Below, piece by piece: positions 39,672 to 53,966 of a stretch of DNA of 64,000 bases (position 1 is its first letter; each line of letters opens with the position of its first letter). The DNA lies in NCBI GenBank assembly GCA_951406725.2, contig OX597814.1, forward strand, positions 220,348,001-220,412,000, given 5' to 3'. The notes beneath the pieces were generated by a model, which saw only the letters and a program-made list of their open reading frames with translations, made no database searches and had not been told where the DNA came from. This DNA is from Octopus vulgaris. Taxonomy: Eukaryota. The translations under genes were made by a program, and so were the position numbers.

Positions 39672-40040
39672 GGCGCAGGAGTGGCTCTGTGGTAAGTAGC
39701 TTGCCTACCAACCACATGGTTCCGGGTTCAGTCCCACTGCGTGGCATCTTGGGCAAGTGTGAGTGGATTTGGTAGACGGAAACTGAAAGAAGCCTGTCGT
39801 ATATATGTATATATATATATATGTGTGTGTTTGTGTGTCTGTGTTTGTCCCCCTAGCATTGCTTGACAACCGATGCTGGTGTGTTTACGTCCCTGTCACT
39901 TAGCGGTTCGGCAAAAGAGACCGATAGAATAAGTACTGGGCTTACAAAAGAATAAGTCCCGGGGTCGAGTTGCTCGATTAGAGGCGGTGCTCCAGCATGG
40001 CCGCAGTCAAATGACTGAAACAAGTAAAAGAGAGTAAAAG
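39672..40040 (+). mobile_element. Family A SINE
   Basis: Colinear with 4948-5380, small internal deletion. Confidence 0.9.
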
Positions 40041-40126
40041 ATATACAAATATGTACGCATGCACACACACACACACACACCTCTGGTTGTTTTAATGACA
40101 AGTATTCAGTTTTTCAATCAAATTAA

Positions 40127-40334
40127 TCCTTTAACATTTAAGCCAGCTATATCCAGCCAAAAATATTCTACCTATTTATGTTTAAACAAACTAGATCCAG
40201 CCTTTCACACCTATCCTACAATGTCATTCTAAGAATAAACACTCACATGATTGTAATCCTGAGACTATCATTAATTCAAAACAGTGTGAATAAATAAGCA
40301 TCATACTCAACAGAACAATCCAAATGCTAAAGGG
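40127..40334. mobile_element. piggyBac-like MITE
   Basis: TTAA flanks; homologous to 9907-10127. Confidence 0.8.
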
Positions 40335-40742
40335 TTAAAATGGCAGATTATTCCAGTGACATATGTACCCAAAATGTAATCTTTGAGAAGAATTACCATG
40401 GCAATGGTGACAACTCTGGAATTCTGAATGAGAATTACAGGTACAATCCATCAAACAGGCTTATATATAACCCGGTAGGAAACAGTACTTAATGTAATAT
40501 TAATGTTTAAATGTTTAGTTATGACACAATATATAATTACAGACTATGTTAGGATTGTGCTGAATAAGTTTAAAATATTACTGTGTCTATAGAAATTCCT
40601 GGTCAAAGTGAAAAGGATCCATCAACAGATTAATAGATTAAGCAATACATAAATATGGTCTGCCATAACTATATCCTCGTAAGAATATTCCTAAGAAGCC
40701 TACTGGTCTGTTCTCACGCTCTCTCTCTCTCTCTCTCTCTCC

Positions 40743-40818
<76 letters not shown>

Positions 40819-41552
40819 GGAGAGAGAGAGAGAAACAAAGTAAACTGATGTAAATGTCTCTATTGGAAACATGAGACACTTGGAACAGATTCAAACTACG
40901 GATGTATTAGTTGATGGTTCAAATGCCACCAAGGTCAATGCGTTTACTTTTTACTGTCTCACAGTCAGAAAATTGATATAGCCACGTTATGTCCTGGGAT
41001 TGGTTCAAATGACCATTCAATCTCATCAACGAAAAGATGTTAACAAAAGAGTCTCTATGTAGATTCACTATGGTTGAGAAAAATCTATAAGACAGTCGTG
41101 GATGGAACACTTTTAATTATAGGTCTGCTCAACTGAATCCAAGCTGGAGCTAAACAAGAGCAGCAGCAATGGATAGCCACATGTCGATATAAAATATGAT
41201 ATTTGCATTACTTCTAATGTATGCATATGTCTGTAGAAAAGGCTAGGATTATGCAACGTTGGTAAGGGGTATGAAATTAATACAAAACTGAGTATTGAGA
41301 TGAACAAAAGAATTAAATAAAGGGAAATACATTAATATGTTAATCAGTAATATGTTTGATTTATTCTAAACTAAGTCCATATTATAGTGATTTATCTTCA
41401 AGCAGGCTGGCTATATTAGCTGGCTATAATTTTTGCTAATGTTGGTATATAAAAATATAAAATTATTGATGGCTTTCCACTTTGTAACATTAATTTTCAG
41501 AAAAATGTATAAAAAGAAAAATAGAAAATATTCTCAATTATTTGAGGCAATG

Positions 41553-41568
41553 AATAATAATAATAATG

Positions 41569-41621
<53 letters not shown>

Positions 41622-41764
41622 CATAATAATAATTATAATAATAATAACACTATCAACAATGATAGTATAGACATAGTACAAAAAAAATTTATAAAAGATG
41701 TAATTCAATACTGTGGTTATCAAAATAAATATACACATTTTCAGACACTTCCACTCCAACATAC

Positions 41765-41817
<53 letters not shown>

Positions 41818-41919
41818 TATATATATTCACACATATATATATAATACGTATATGTATATAATACGAATATATATATATACACACACACACGCATATATTC
41901 GTGTATATGTATATAATAC

Positions 41920-41962
<43 letters not shown>

Positions 41963-42230
41963 TATATATATGTGTGTATTTGTGTGTATGTATATATGCA
42001 TATTTACAAGTTGATGCAATAAAGATGAAAGCTGCATGTTAATTAAATGTACAAAATACAGAGTTTGAAAGATATCAAATTATTTGCTGTGTATGAACGT
42101 GCATATGGGTGTATGTATATGCACATATATACACGCACACACACACACACACACATACATACATACATATATATATAGATATATATATACATATATATAC
42201 ACACACACACACACATATATACATACATAC

Positions 42231-42319
<89 letters not shown>

Positions 42320-42330
42320 CTTTATATACA
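41553..42330. repeat. (AAT)n and compound (TA)/(CA) microsatellites
   Basis: Directly visible. Confidence 0.95.
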
Positions 42331-42782
42331 TTTTAAATCATGACAACAAACAATGATATAATGGTATTTTGTAATAAATTGGTGATGAGAATTTTATTAG
42401 TTTGCTGTCACAATACCAGCAGTATTATTTGAAAGAGAACAGTAGAATTATCAAAATTTATCAAGCCGATGCCCAAAGGGAAAATATTGCCAACAATATT
42501 ATTAAATGAAAATCACTGCGCACTGCAGGTCATAGCTATTTTCTAAACTAAAACAAATATACCACTTGTTTCAGATGGACACTTTCAGTTTATCATTATG
42601 AGTGTTGAAGGAGGTACTCCATACTCCATTCAGTGTGCACTTTGTCTAGATGTACGATTTGTTAGCGCAGTGGGAGAAATCATAGAGTAGCATACATGAA
42701 GTATCCATATACAAATAGGTCTTCTCAAGAAAACTGAACTCAAATAACAATCAATAAACCACGAAGAGACTGAGCACAAATA

Positions 42783-43182
42783 TCCTTTTCTGTTATAGGC
42801 ACAAGGCCTGTGATTTGTGGGGGTGGGGCTAGTTGATTACATCAACCGCAGCATTCAACTGGTACTTGATTTATTGACCTTGAAAGGATGAAAGGTGAAG
42901 TCAACCTCAACGGAATTTGAACTCAGAATGTAAAGAAGGGTGAAATACCTATTTCTTTACTGCCCACAAGGGGCTAAACACAGAGTAGACAAACAAGGAC
43001 AGACAAACGGATTAAGTCGATTACATCGACCCCAGTGCGTAACTGGTACTTATTTAATCGATCTCAAAAGAATGAAAGGCAAAGTCGACCTCGGCGGAAT
43101 TTGAACTCAGAACGTAGTCGCAGAGAAAATACCGCTAAGCATTTCATCCAACATGTTAATTATTCTGCCAGCTTGACACCTT
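42783..43182 (-). mobile_element. Composite (double Meta-core) family C SINE
   Basis: Same two-core arrangement and junction as 1500-1901. Confidence 0.8.
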
Positions 43183-43804
43183 ACTAAGCATAAATATCAG
43201 TGAGTAGGAGGAGTCCATTCGCATACAACAACATACCCTGAGCAGACTAAGCATTATTTGTAAGTGAGCAGGAGCCCATTCACTTAGTGAGCTGAAATTT
43301 GAAAAAACCAAGAGTAGACTATTAAAAGCTGAAGGAACAAGCATGAATGCTATACTAAATGAACAATTTATATGGTGAGAAGTTTTTATGAAGAAAATTA
43401 TATTGAGCAAGAAGCTAAAAATTTGAACAACAAACCACACAGACATTTAAGTGAACAGGAGAGTGTATACAACTGGTTCATTAAAGTCCATGTACACTCT
43501 TCATGTAGCTTGAAATTTTCGTGTTATCATCATCGTTTAGCGTCCGCTTTCCATGCTAGCATGGGTTGGACGGTTCAACTGGGGTCTGGGAAGCCAGAAG
43601 GCTGCACCAGGCCCAGTTTGATCTGGCAATGTTTTTACGGCTGGATGCCCTTCCTAATGTTATATATGAAATAATATTTTTCATATTTTAGACAGAAGCA
43701 AGAGAAAAGGAAAATGCATGCACACATACACACACATGAGCATATATTTATGCATTCACTATTAGTTTTCCAAAAAGACAGAGAGTGTACAAGACTGTGG
43801 TGAC

Positions 43805-44270
43805 TTTGGTCCTTCTGTATGTCTGTGAGAGCTGGATTCTTACAGCTGACATGGAGTGAAGAATCTAGGCATTTGAGCAAAAATGTTTCAGAAGGCTGCT
43901 ACACATCGCATACACAGAGTACAAAACAAACAGTTCTGTGGGGCATCAAAGCCAACAAATATGCTGGCTGGCTGGCAGGAAACACTTCTTGTACAGGTGG
44001 AAAGATGGAAGCTTACTTGGTATGATCATGTATCTCACCAAAGCACCCTGCCCAAAACCATTCTTCAGGGCTCAGTTGAGGGACTGGGAGTGAAAGAGGG
44101 GCAGACAAAAAATACTGGTTTGAGGACATCAAGGACTGGACAGGCCACAACACAGCAAACCTGCTGTGCATGACAGAGAATAGAGATCAGTGGTGACAGC
44201 TGACTATGAAAGCATCTTGAGTGGCACCTCAATGGTTGGCTGCATTAGTTAAGGAATTTTGAAGATGATG
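43805..44270 (+). mobile_element. RTE-clade LINE 3' fragment
   Basis: SWILTADME*RI*AFEQKCFRRLLHIAYTEYKTN and KLTWYDHVSHQSTLPKTILQGSVEG are typical of the RTE C-terminus; ends in GATGATG. Confidence 0.8.
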
Positions 44271-44382
44271 GTTTGTGGTAGGACAAATATTATACCATGT
44301 CATGCCTTTATGTGAAGTTTGGGTGTGGTTTGGAATGGATTACCCCCATATTTTTGTTACTTGTGTAAAGAATAATTTGTGA

Positions 44383-44722
44383 AGGCACACAGTTCAGTGG
44401 TTAGAGCATTGGGCTAACAATCATGAGGTAATGAATTCGATTCCCAGAACAGACTGTGCATTGTATTCTTGAGCAAAACACTTTATTTCACATTGCTCAG
44501 GTTCACTCAGCTGTAGAAATGAGTTGCAACATCACTGGTTCAAAGCTGTATTGGCCCCTTTGCCTTTCCCTTGGATAACATCGGTGGTGTGGAGATTGCA
44601 GGCAGGTATGCATGAGAGACTGATGGTCTTCTATAAACAACCTTGCTCAGACTTGTGCCTCAGAGGGTAACTTTCAAGGTGCAATTCCATGGTTATTCAT
44701 GACTGAAGTGGGGTCTTTACCC
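44383..44722 (+). mobile_element. Diverged tRNA-derived SINE with CORE-like segment
   Basis: CAGTGGTTAGAGC .. TTCGATTCC head, then TTCTTGAGCAAAACACTTTATTTCAC. Confidence 0.65.
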
Positions 44723-45747
44723 ATTAAGGAATAATTTGGTTAATGAAGAGGGCTTTAGAACAAATTAAGTTTGTATACAAAGACTTCACTGTATTTAGCT
44801 TCATGCCTTTACTCTGAGTTTTCTAACTTTGCGAGATTTAACCTTGCCTTTCATCTTGCTGAGATCAATAAGAGTTTGTAAATTAATAAAAATCTAAATC
44901 CTTTGTGAAAATGTGTGGCCATGCAACAAGGTGAAAAATAATTATTATGTTTGGAATGAAATAAATATTTGGCATCTATCTCAGCATAGCAGCTCTTTAA
45001 CAATTTTGAAACATTTTTAGTCAAGCTTCAATAAAATTATTATTCCAAAGATTCTTTACTGTAAGAATTGCTTTTCACAAACAACAATAAATAAATAAAT
45101 ATATTTATATATAAACAGAAAAACTATTTATTTGCTGCAAAGAATAATCATGAGAAGAACTGTCATCAACAAAAGAGCTGAATTTTCATTAAAAGACATA
45201 ATTCATGAAGTCTTGCTAAAAACAGACCATTTAGTTTGATAAAGCTATGTAAAAACTGTGTGCATGTTACGGCTAGATTAGCAATCATCATAAGATATAA
45301 ATTTTATACTATTTTGTCAGTTCATAATGTTTGATAGAAGCACTTATGTAAGTTAGCAAGACAGTTAAAACCATGATCTGTAGACCATTGCAAATAAACA
45401 AGCGAGCAATGAGAACAAGGAATCTGCACTAATCAAATACTTGATATAAAACCGAGTTGATCTACAGCATATGATGTCATCAATAACAAGGAAAACTTGA
45501 ACGCAAAGAAGCTGTAATGAGGAATAACAATTCTCTTTACATACAAAATTCTCTGTAATTTACCACAAATAACAGATAACTATGTTTAAATCAGGAATTC
45601 TCAAAGTAGATACAATGCTACTTGAGAAATAGTCAATGGTTTTCGATGATTGTAGAAACTTTTATTTCAGAAGTGCATCAGCATGTATGCACGAGAGTAC
45701 GTCCGGTGAAATATAGTGAAACCAGAGTGGAGGCAAGGATATTTAAG

Positions 45748-45785
<38 letters not shown>

Positions 45786-46106
45786 ATATATAGATGAAGA
45801 AAGTCAGGAGGTATGAGATGAATATATTTATTTCACCAGCCATATGTTTATATCCTATAGCTCCTGATTTTATATACTTCTAGTGTGTGCATGTATGTGT
45901 GTGTAAATATATATATATATATATATTTTACAAGTGAGGATAAAATCTTTATAAGAAATTATCAGTAGTTAGCGTGAAAAACCTCGTAAGAGAAAAAATA
46001 CGTAAATTTTTCCACTTTGAAAATATTTATTTATTTATATAATATAATCAATATAATATAAATAAATACCCTCAATATAATATAAATATATATATATATA
46101 TATATA

Positions 46107-46264
46107 CTTTATTTAAAGCAGCAGAAAATTCAACAAAACCTGTTACTCTGAGTTTCACGTTCCCGTTCGTCGGACAGTTTTTTCTAGCAAAAACTGTCCG
46201 ACGAACGGGAATGTGAAACTCAGAGTAACAGGTTTTGTTGAATTTTCTGCTGCTTTAAATAAAG
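46107..46264. repeat. 158-bp near-perfect palindrome (76-bp arms, 6-nt loop), probable Penelope-type inverted terminus
   Basis: Arms 46107-46182 and 46189-46264 have one mismatch; embedded in (TA)n; contains CCGACGA-ACG(GGAA)TGT-GAAA-CTC. Confidence 0.85.
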
Positions 46265-46817
46265 CATATTACTCTACCACTGGTATTTGAGTACTCTTTT
46301 TTCCACCTTGTTTCACATTTATGTGTTTACTCCGGTATATATATATACATATAAAATGTTACAGAGTGTAAATGAACAATGAAGAGTATACTCAAAACAT
46401 AGCGTAGTGTATTTTAAACTGAATTTTCTTCTTGTGACTTGGGGTCCACTCTACTGTCATCTTCAAGTTTCAAACTTGGGTAAGGAAAAAGAGAATTCAC
46501 TTTAAACTCTGTGTGTGAGTGTGTAAAGGTGGCAACAGGTTCAGGCATAGCTGTGTAATTGAGTGGTTCTCTTACCAACAACATAGTTTCAGGTTTACCC
46601 CACAATATAGTACACAGGTATATGCATTGCAAACAGACATATACACATACACAGGTGTATCTATTGCATATACACATATACACCCACATACATAGGTATA
46701 TGTATTGCATACACATTTATACACACATATACATAGATGTATGTATTACACACACACCTATATATATGTATGTACACCTGCATTCATGTATGTACGTATG
46801 CATTTTATACACACATA

Positions 46818-47964
46818 CGAGGGTTCTACAAAAAAGGTAAGTCATCTTCCAAGCAGAAACAATGTGTTCTCATTGAGTTCTTGACAAAGGTTCAGGTTGT
46901 TTGTTTTTCACTGGTGGCTACAGGTTGCTTATAGAGATGACATCATTGACAAAAGCAATGTGCCCTGATGGATGAAGAAGTTTAAAGAAGGGGAAACTGG
47001 CATTGAAGACAAACTACACAGATGAAGACCATCAGCCGTGACTAATGAGATGAATCACCAGCATTTGGGGATGAACTGGTCTGCACAGACAAACACATCA
47101 CGATCTGTGAGCTTGCTAAACAAGTGGACTGTTGTCACAATGCATTATGGAAGATGGAGAAAGACTGGGTAATGGACAGTATATGCAAAGGGGTACCTCA
47201 GCAGTTGCACACTCTATGAAGAAGAAAATTGTTGAAGTTTACTCTGATCTGCTGGAAGCATCTGAAATCAAAGAAAACACATTTTCTCCTGTTCTGGTGA
47301 CAGGTGATGAAACATGGACGTATCTTTGAGATCTAGAGATGAAGGTTCAGTTTATGGAATGGTGCCTCATCTCTTCTCCAAGGCCCAAGATGTTCAAAAG
47401 ACCACAGTTGGCACAAAAACATCCTGGTGACTGTTATTGTTTCTTTTTTCTTTTGGGTGACAAAGGTACCATTCTCTTTGATTTTCTGAAATATGGCTGT
47501 ATTGTGAACAGTAAACAATACATTGTGATGCTCCAAAAGATTAAAGAAGCTATTATACGGAAGAGAACAAACAAGAATCTAGAAAAAATACATTCATAAT
47601 TCACCTTGACAATGTGCAACACACACACACACACACACACACATCTTTGGCAACAAATCAGGTAATTGGTAAATTGGGCTGGTCTGTGGTCCACCATTCA
47701 GTGTACAGCCTGGATCTGGTGCCTTTTAACTTTCACCTGATCAGAACAATGAAAAACAGTCTTCAGAGACAATAATTTGATGACATTGATGAAAGTAGCT
47801 GAGAAGTGTGTACATCAGTGTATACCTGAATTTTTCAAAGTGGATTCGAGAGTTTGGGTTCAATAGTGGCATGAATGCATAGTTTGTGATGGAGACTATG
47901 CTGATTTGTACCTTTGTATAAAAGAAAAATTAATCTACCAGCATGTGCAATTTGAATGACCTAC
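46818..47964 (+). mobile_element. Old degenerate mariner element
   Basis: TA|CGAGGG start; KQKQCVLIEFL, WMKKFKEGETGIED, LVTGDETW, HLDN, YSLDLVPFNFHL, WHECIVCDGDY; many stops; (CA)n inserted. Confidence 0.85.
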
Positions 47965-48526
47965 ATCAATTAATAATAATATTATCTTCCTTCTTGCATT
48001 ACTTTCAGCACAACTTTCATGCATTAATGTAACACACATTTAATGGCCAGTTTCCATACTGGCATGAGCTGAATGGCTGGACAGGAACTGGCAAGGCCTG
48101 GGGCCACACCAGTTTCTATAGTCTGTTTTGGTTAGGTTTCTAAGGCTGGCTGCCCTTCCTAATGCCAACCACTTTATAGAGTGTACTGGGTGCTTTTTAC
48201 ATGACACCAGTACCCACATGAATGTTTTTTACGTAGCACTTGGTTTTAAGATCTCAAATAAATATATGTGTGTGTGTGTGTTTTATGTATATGTATGTAT
48301 GCACATATATGTGTGTGTATGGTTTGCTGTCATTAAAAACAAGAGTTAGTCATAGGGTTGGCATTTCAGGCCCAATTAACAATGATGCTTTGCTCAGCTG
48401 GTGAACTCACTGTTGCAAATAGAGGCACTTCATTTAGGAGATGTATCATGTATCTAGTTTAAAACACAGATTCCTCATTCATAGTTTATTGTTGAGGAGG
48501 TTGGTTTTGGTAATACTACCAGCTTT

Positions 48527-48771
48527 CATCATCATCATCGTTTAGCGTCCGCTTTCCATGCTGGCATGGGTTGGACGGTGCAACTGGGGTGTGGGAAGCC
48601 AGAAGGCTGCACCAGGCCCAGTCTGATCTGGCAACGTTTCTACAGCTGGATGCCTTTCCTAATGCCAACCACTCCATGAGTGTAGTGGGTGCTTTTTACA
48701 TGCCACCTGCACAGGTGCCAGACAAGTCTGGCAAAAGGCCACAGTCGGATGGTGCTTTTTACGTGCCACCA
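48527..48771 (-). mobile_element. Family B SINE fragment
   Basis: Reverse complement of 6830-7099. Confidence 0.85.
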
Positions 48772-50562
48772 GCTTTGATTGTGGAAATCAACAAAGACGG
48801 GAGTATTAGGTAGAATTCTTTAAGAATTTCAGGATGATTGAAGAAAAATAAAATACTCTTAAAATTCCACACATCTAATAGAATCAGAGTTTTCAATTGT
48901 TGCATCAAAAATTTTATTGGTAGCAATTTACGAAATGTCAGAAAGAATAAAAGTTAAAGGAAGCATTAAGTCAAATCATTCTAAGATGATGGAACTTTAA
49001 AAGTTTTATGTAACTTTATTAATTATTATTAATAATAATAATAATAATAACAACAACACTAACTCAAAGCTGACATCTACAAGGAAATCATGCATATCAT
49101 ATGAATGCCTTTGCTTGTTGAAAATAAGCTCTTCATTTAAAATTAGTTTTAATGTTGTAAAAGGGGGAAAAAACAAACAAAAACAACTACCAACATAGAA
49201 TAAATATAAAAAGAAATTGCTTTAATTATATTGATACAGAATCAAGGAGCCACTTATTTTGCCCTGTGTGAAAACGTTATACTTCAGAACTCAACTTCTT
49301 TATTTGTTGTACGATTCTTATTTATAGAATATGTTTCATTATATTAACTTGAACTAATTTCCTAAATTTATTATCTGACTGCAAAATAATGTCTTGAAGA
49401 TTGAAACAGAAGTATTTCTTCCTCTTCTTTGTTTTTAAATTCTAATTATAAAACCACTCACAACTGAAAATAAGTCAAGGAGCATTATTTTGCATGCAAT
49501 TTTAAATTTTTTGAAAAGTCACTTTTCACTATCTCTTTCCAACTTCTATATCTGATTTTTTCCAACTGTATTGGTTTTTCAGTCCTAATATAGTTTATTT
49601 GATTTTCTATCATTCATAACATGTATTTTATAACTGGAAGCTCTTCCAGTTTAGTATAAGAAGTGTGACTGATTCTAACTTTTACAGCTATACAGACATA
49701 CAAGGTGCAATACTGACATACCAGAAAAAAAACATTTTTGGTAGTTTTCAAACATATCTAGAACTAACCACTGAGAATCTGTATTCTTACCAACGATACC
49801 TTATAATATAATAACTTATAATTATTTTTAAATATTTATAAATTATCAAATTTAGTTTCAAATTATTTTTAAAAAATCAAATTTTTATCTCATTAATTTA
49901 AAACAGTACCATTTGTGGATATTAATTAGCCACCAGTTAAATATTTTATGCCAGAGATTATTCTTAATGATGCAGTTCATTAAATGGGTGGAGATAGTAT
50001 CTACGAGTTATAATGTTCTACTTGAAAGATAACCATAGATATAAATGAAATTAAATCCTGTTAAATTAGTAATTCCATATCTGTGATATGTCACATATAT
50101 CTGAATTTATATTTTGAATGTGTTTTGATGACATGAATATGTTCTTAATAACTCTCTCTAGAATACATTTATACACCTTTTACGCATATAACTTGCAAAG
50201 CTGCGATGCAAATACACTGATAGGTGTATGTATGTGTGTGTTGATACTTATATATTCACACACACACACACATACACATTCACACAGACATACATATTCA
50301 CACAAACATACATACATATATACAAACAAAATGTGTATGTGCTTGTATGTGTGTGGAAAGAGAGAGAGAGAGGGAGAAGAGGGGGGAAGGAGAGAGAGAG
50401 AGGGGGAAGGAGAGAGAGAGAGAGAGGGGGAGAATAGAACCAGACTTTGTCTTGATGTGACACAGAGATAAGGTCTGTGTATGCTGCAATGATTCTCATT
50501 GCTTCTGCTTCACTCATGAAGATTGAAGCGTTCACAGTTTTGTATCTGTTGAGAGCACACAC

Positions 50563-50747
50563 TCTCTTTTACTCTCTTTTACTTGTTTCAGTCATTTGAC
50601 TGCGGCCATGCTGGAGCACCGCCTTTAGTCGAGCAAATCGACCCCGGGACTTATTCTTTGTAAGCCCAGTACTTATTCTATCGGTCTCTTTTGCCGAACC
50701 GCTAAGTGACGAGGACGTAAATACACCAGCATCGGTTGTCAAACACA

Positions 50748-50809
<62 letters not shown>

Positions 50810-50974
50810 TACGACAGGCTTCTTTCAGTTTCCGTCTACCAAATCCACTCACAAGGCATTGGTCGGCCCGGGGCTATAGCAGAAGACACTTGCCCAAGAT
50901 GCCACGCAGTGGGACTGAACCTGGAACCATGTGGTTGGTTAGCAAGCTACTTACCACACAGCCACTCCTGCGCC
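50563..50974 (-). mobile_element. Family A SINE
   Basis: Colinear with 7789-8195. Confidence 0.9.
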
Positions 50975-51440
50975 TGTTTTGAAATTTAAAACTAGAAAAT
51001 ACCACATCAAATTTCCAATGTAAAATTATCACTCTAACAATGTGAACAAATTTCATGCATTGATCGCACACATAAAGTGTTTAGTGTTAGCTATTCTCTT
51101 GCAGTTATCTCCAACTAATCAAGAAGGACTGGAATAGGGAAAGCAACAGTGTTCAATAGGAAAGTCTGATAACATTCATATCTAGGTTGACAGTTGTTTA
51201 CTGTCATAGGAGATGAGCATTAGCTTGCTGAAATGTAAGTTGGTATTTAACTTTAGGAATATTTTCATATCTTAAAGAACCACTGGGTTTAGTTGTGTAA
51301 GGTCAAAACTGAAATAAAAGATGGGCTACGTGTCATTTTTCCTCTTTCATGAACTAAGCTATAAACTATTTGATAATCTCTCTAGAGAAATTAAAATAAA
51401 TAGTCTTTACAATTAGGGCTGGATAAAAATGTTTGACCAT

Positions 51441-51605
51441 AGGTTGCAGGAGTGGCTGTGTGGTAAGTACCTTGCTTACCAGCCACATGGTTCCAGGTTC
51501 AGTCCCACTGCGTGGCACTTTGGGCAAGTGTCTTCTATTATAGCCTCAGGTCGACCAAAGCCTTGGGAGTGAATTTGGTAGATGGAAACTGAAAGAAGCC
51601 TGTCG

Positions 51606-51658
<53 letters not shown>

Positions 51659-51790
51659 TTGTCCCGCCAACATCACTTGACATCTGATACTAGTGTGTTT
51701 AAGTCCCCATAACTTAGCGATTTGGCAAAAGAGACCGATAGATTAAGTCCTAGGCTTACAAAGAATAAGTCTTGGGGGTCGATTTGTTAA
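51441..51790 (+). mobile_element. Family A SINE, 3'-truncated
   Basis: Colinear head and body; inverted relative to 50563-50974. Confidence 0.85.
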
Positions 51791-52130
51791 AAGAATAGGA
51801 ATTTTGAAAATCATGATATTAAAAGCTAGACACAAGGAACACAAAGTTTATTCTGTATGGACACTTAACAGGAAAGTTAATCTCTCTTATTAAGATGCTT
51901 ATCAACTATTTCTTACAAAACATCTGAATAATTTTTGTGGTTGTATGGTAACAAGTTTGCTTCCCCGGCCACATCGTTCCAGGTTCAGTCCCACTGCATG
52001 GCACTGGGATGACCAAAGTCTTGTGAGAGGATTTGGTAGGAAGAAACTGAATGAAGCCTGTCATGTCTGATGGGTTGCCTATACCACTAGGAACTTTATA
52101 GGAGTGAACCCAGTGGTATCTCCCTGACTA

Positions 52131-52366
52131 AAGGCGGCGAGGAGCTGGCAGAAACGTTAGCACGCCGGGTGAAATGCGTAGCCGTATTTCGTCTGCTGCT
52201 ACATTCTGAGTTCAAATTCCGCCGAGGTCGACTTTGCCTTTCATCCTTTTGGGGTCGATAAATAAAGTACCAGTTACGCAATGGGGTCGATGTAATCAAC
52301 CTAATCCGTTTGTCTGTCTTTGTTTGTCCCCTCTGTGTGTAGCCCCTTGTGGGTAGTAAAGAAATA
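52131..52366 (+). mobile_element. Young family C Meta-core SINE with 16-bp TSD
   Basis: GGTATCTCCCTGACTA at 52115-52130 and 52367-52382. Confidence 0.9.
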
Positions 52367-52674
52367 GGTATCTCCCTGACTAGCCATAACCAACACTATA
52401 TTAATTATTACTGCTTCAAAGTTTTTGAGTGTGCTTCTGTTTGGACATATGAACTACCATTGTGTTTGTGTGTGTGTGTGTCTGAGAGAGAGAGAGAGTG
52501 TGTGTGTGCATGCATGCATGTATACCTTGACATAGCATGATAGTTGTGAATGAGTGTTGCTGTCATATGGAGCAGTGCCATTCATTTCCGATATTTTGTG
52601 AGAACATGTCTGGCCATGGGGAAATATTACTTTGCTTGGAAACAGGTGGGTGTTTGTGATGAAAAGGGCATCTA

Positions 52675-53966
52675 CGAGGGACGTTCGATAAGTAATGCCC
52701 CTGACCCACTTGCAGTTGTTTGATCTAGCTGAAATTTTACATGTGCAATCATTTATATGTCTATAGAGTAAGTGACAAATTACAGCTCTGAACTAATTGT
52801 GGTTTCTGATTTACAGGTATTTGAACTGAGTCAAGTGTGAAATGGAGCCTGTTGAGTGTCGAGCAGTGATCCGGTTTTTGTATTTGAAAGGATGCAGACC
52901 ACGGGAGACTTTTGATGAAATGAAAGTAACTTATGGTGATGATGCCCCATCATATGACCTTGTAAAACGCTGGCATCGTGAATTCAAACATGGTCGGAAC
53001 TCCGTGGAAACAGCTCCCAGATCTGGTCGCCCCACTTCTGCCATTGATGAGGCATCTGTCTGTCAAGTTGAGGCTGCCATTTTGGAAGATCGACGCATAA
53101 TTATTTGCCAAATAGCCCATGAGGTCAAGATTAGTACCGGGTCTGTGGAAACTATCATTCATGACCATTTGCATATGCAAAAGGTGTCTGCCAGATGGAT
53201 TCCCAGGTTGCTCACGCCTTTCCAGAAGCAAGAACGCGTCAAGTGCTCGAGGGTGAATTTGGAGATGTGCCAAGAAGATGAGTCAAAATTTTTCAAAAGA
53301 CTGATTACACAGGATGAAACCTGGGTCCATCACGATGATCCAGAGACCAAAGCCCAGTCAATGCAGTGGAAGCACTGTGACTCACCTCCTCCAAAGAAGG
53401 CAAGGGTGCAGCCCTCCGCTGGCAAGGTCATGCGCACAGTCTTCTGGGACAAGGACGGAGTAGTGATGACAGATTTCCTGGCAAAAGGTACCACAATTAC
53501 AGGAGCCTATTATGCTTCACTTTTGAGGAAATTAAGAGAAGTTATCAAAATCAAGAGGCGGGGCAAGATCAGCAAAAGCATCCTCCTCCTGCAGGACAAC
53601 GCTCCGGTCCACAACTCGCTTGTCGCCAGATCAGAAGCACAGGTGTATGGCTATGAACTCCTCCCCCATCCCCCCTACTTTCCTGACTTTGCACCCTCTG
53701 ATTTCCCCTCTTCCCAGTCATGAAGTTGTTTTTGAAAGGAAAGCGTTTCCCAGATGATGCAGCCTTGATTGCTGAAGTCACATTCAGGTTGAAGGACCAA
53801 GCTGGGGTCTTCTACAAAAACGGTCTCCAGAGCCGCATCAAACGATGGGAGAAATGCGTAACTCTGGGTGGTTCCTATGTAGAAAAAGACTAATAACTGT
53901 GCCAAGTTTCGTTGCTCTACTGCTATGGGAAGTGGGTCAGGGGCATTACTTATTGAACGCCCCTCG
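52675..53966 (+). mobile_element. Full-length mariner (DD34D) transposon, 1292 bp
   Basis: TA flanks (52673-74, 53967-68); ~36-bp TIR CGAGGGACGTTCGATAAGTAATGCCCCTGACCCACT with 2 mismatches. Confidence 0.97.
52842..53893 (+). pseudogene. Mariner transposase with a single -1 frameshift near 53706
   Basis: WIPRLL, TQDETW, QDNAPVH, PYFPDFAPSD (D-34-D counted). The shifted frame continues LFPVMKLFLKGKRF...RWEKCVTLGGSYVEKD*. Confidence 0.95.
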
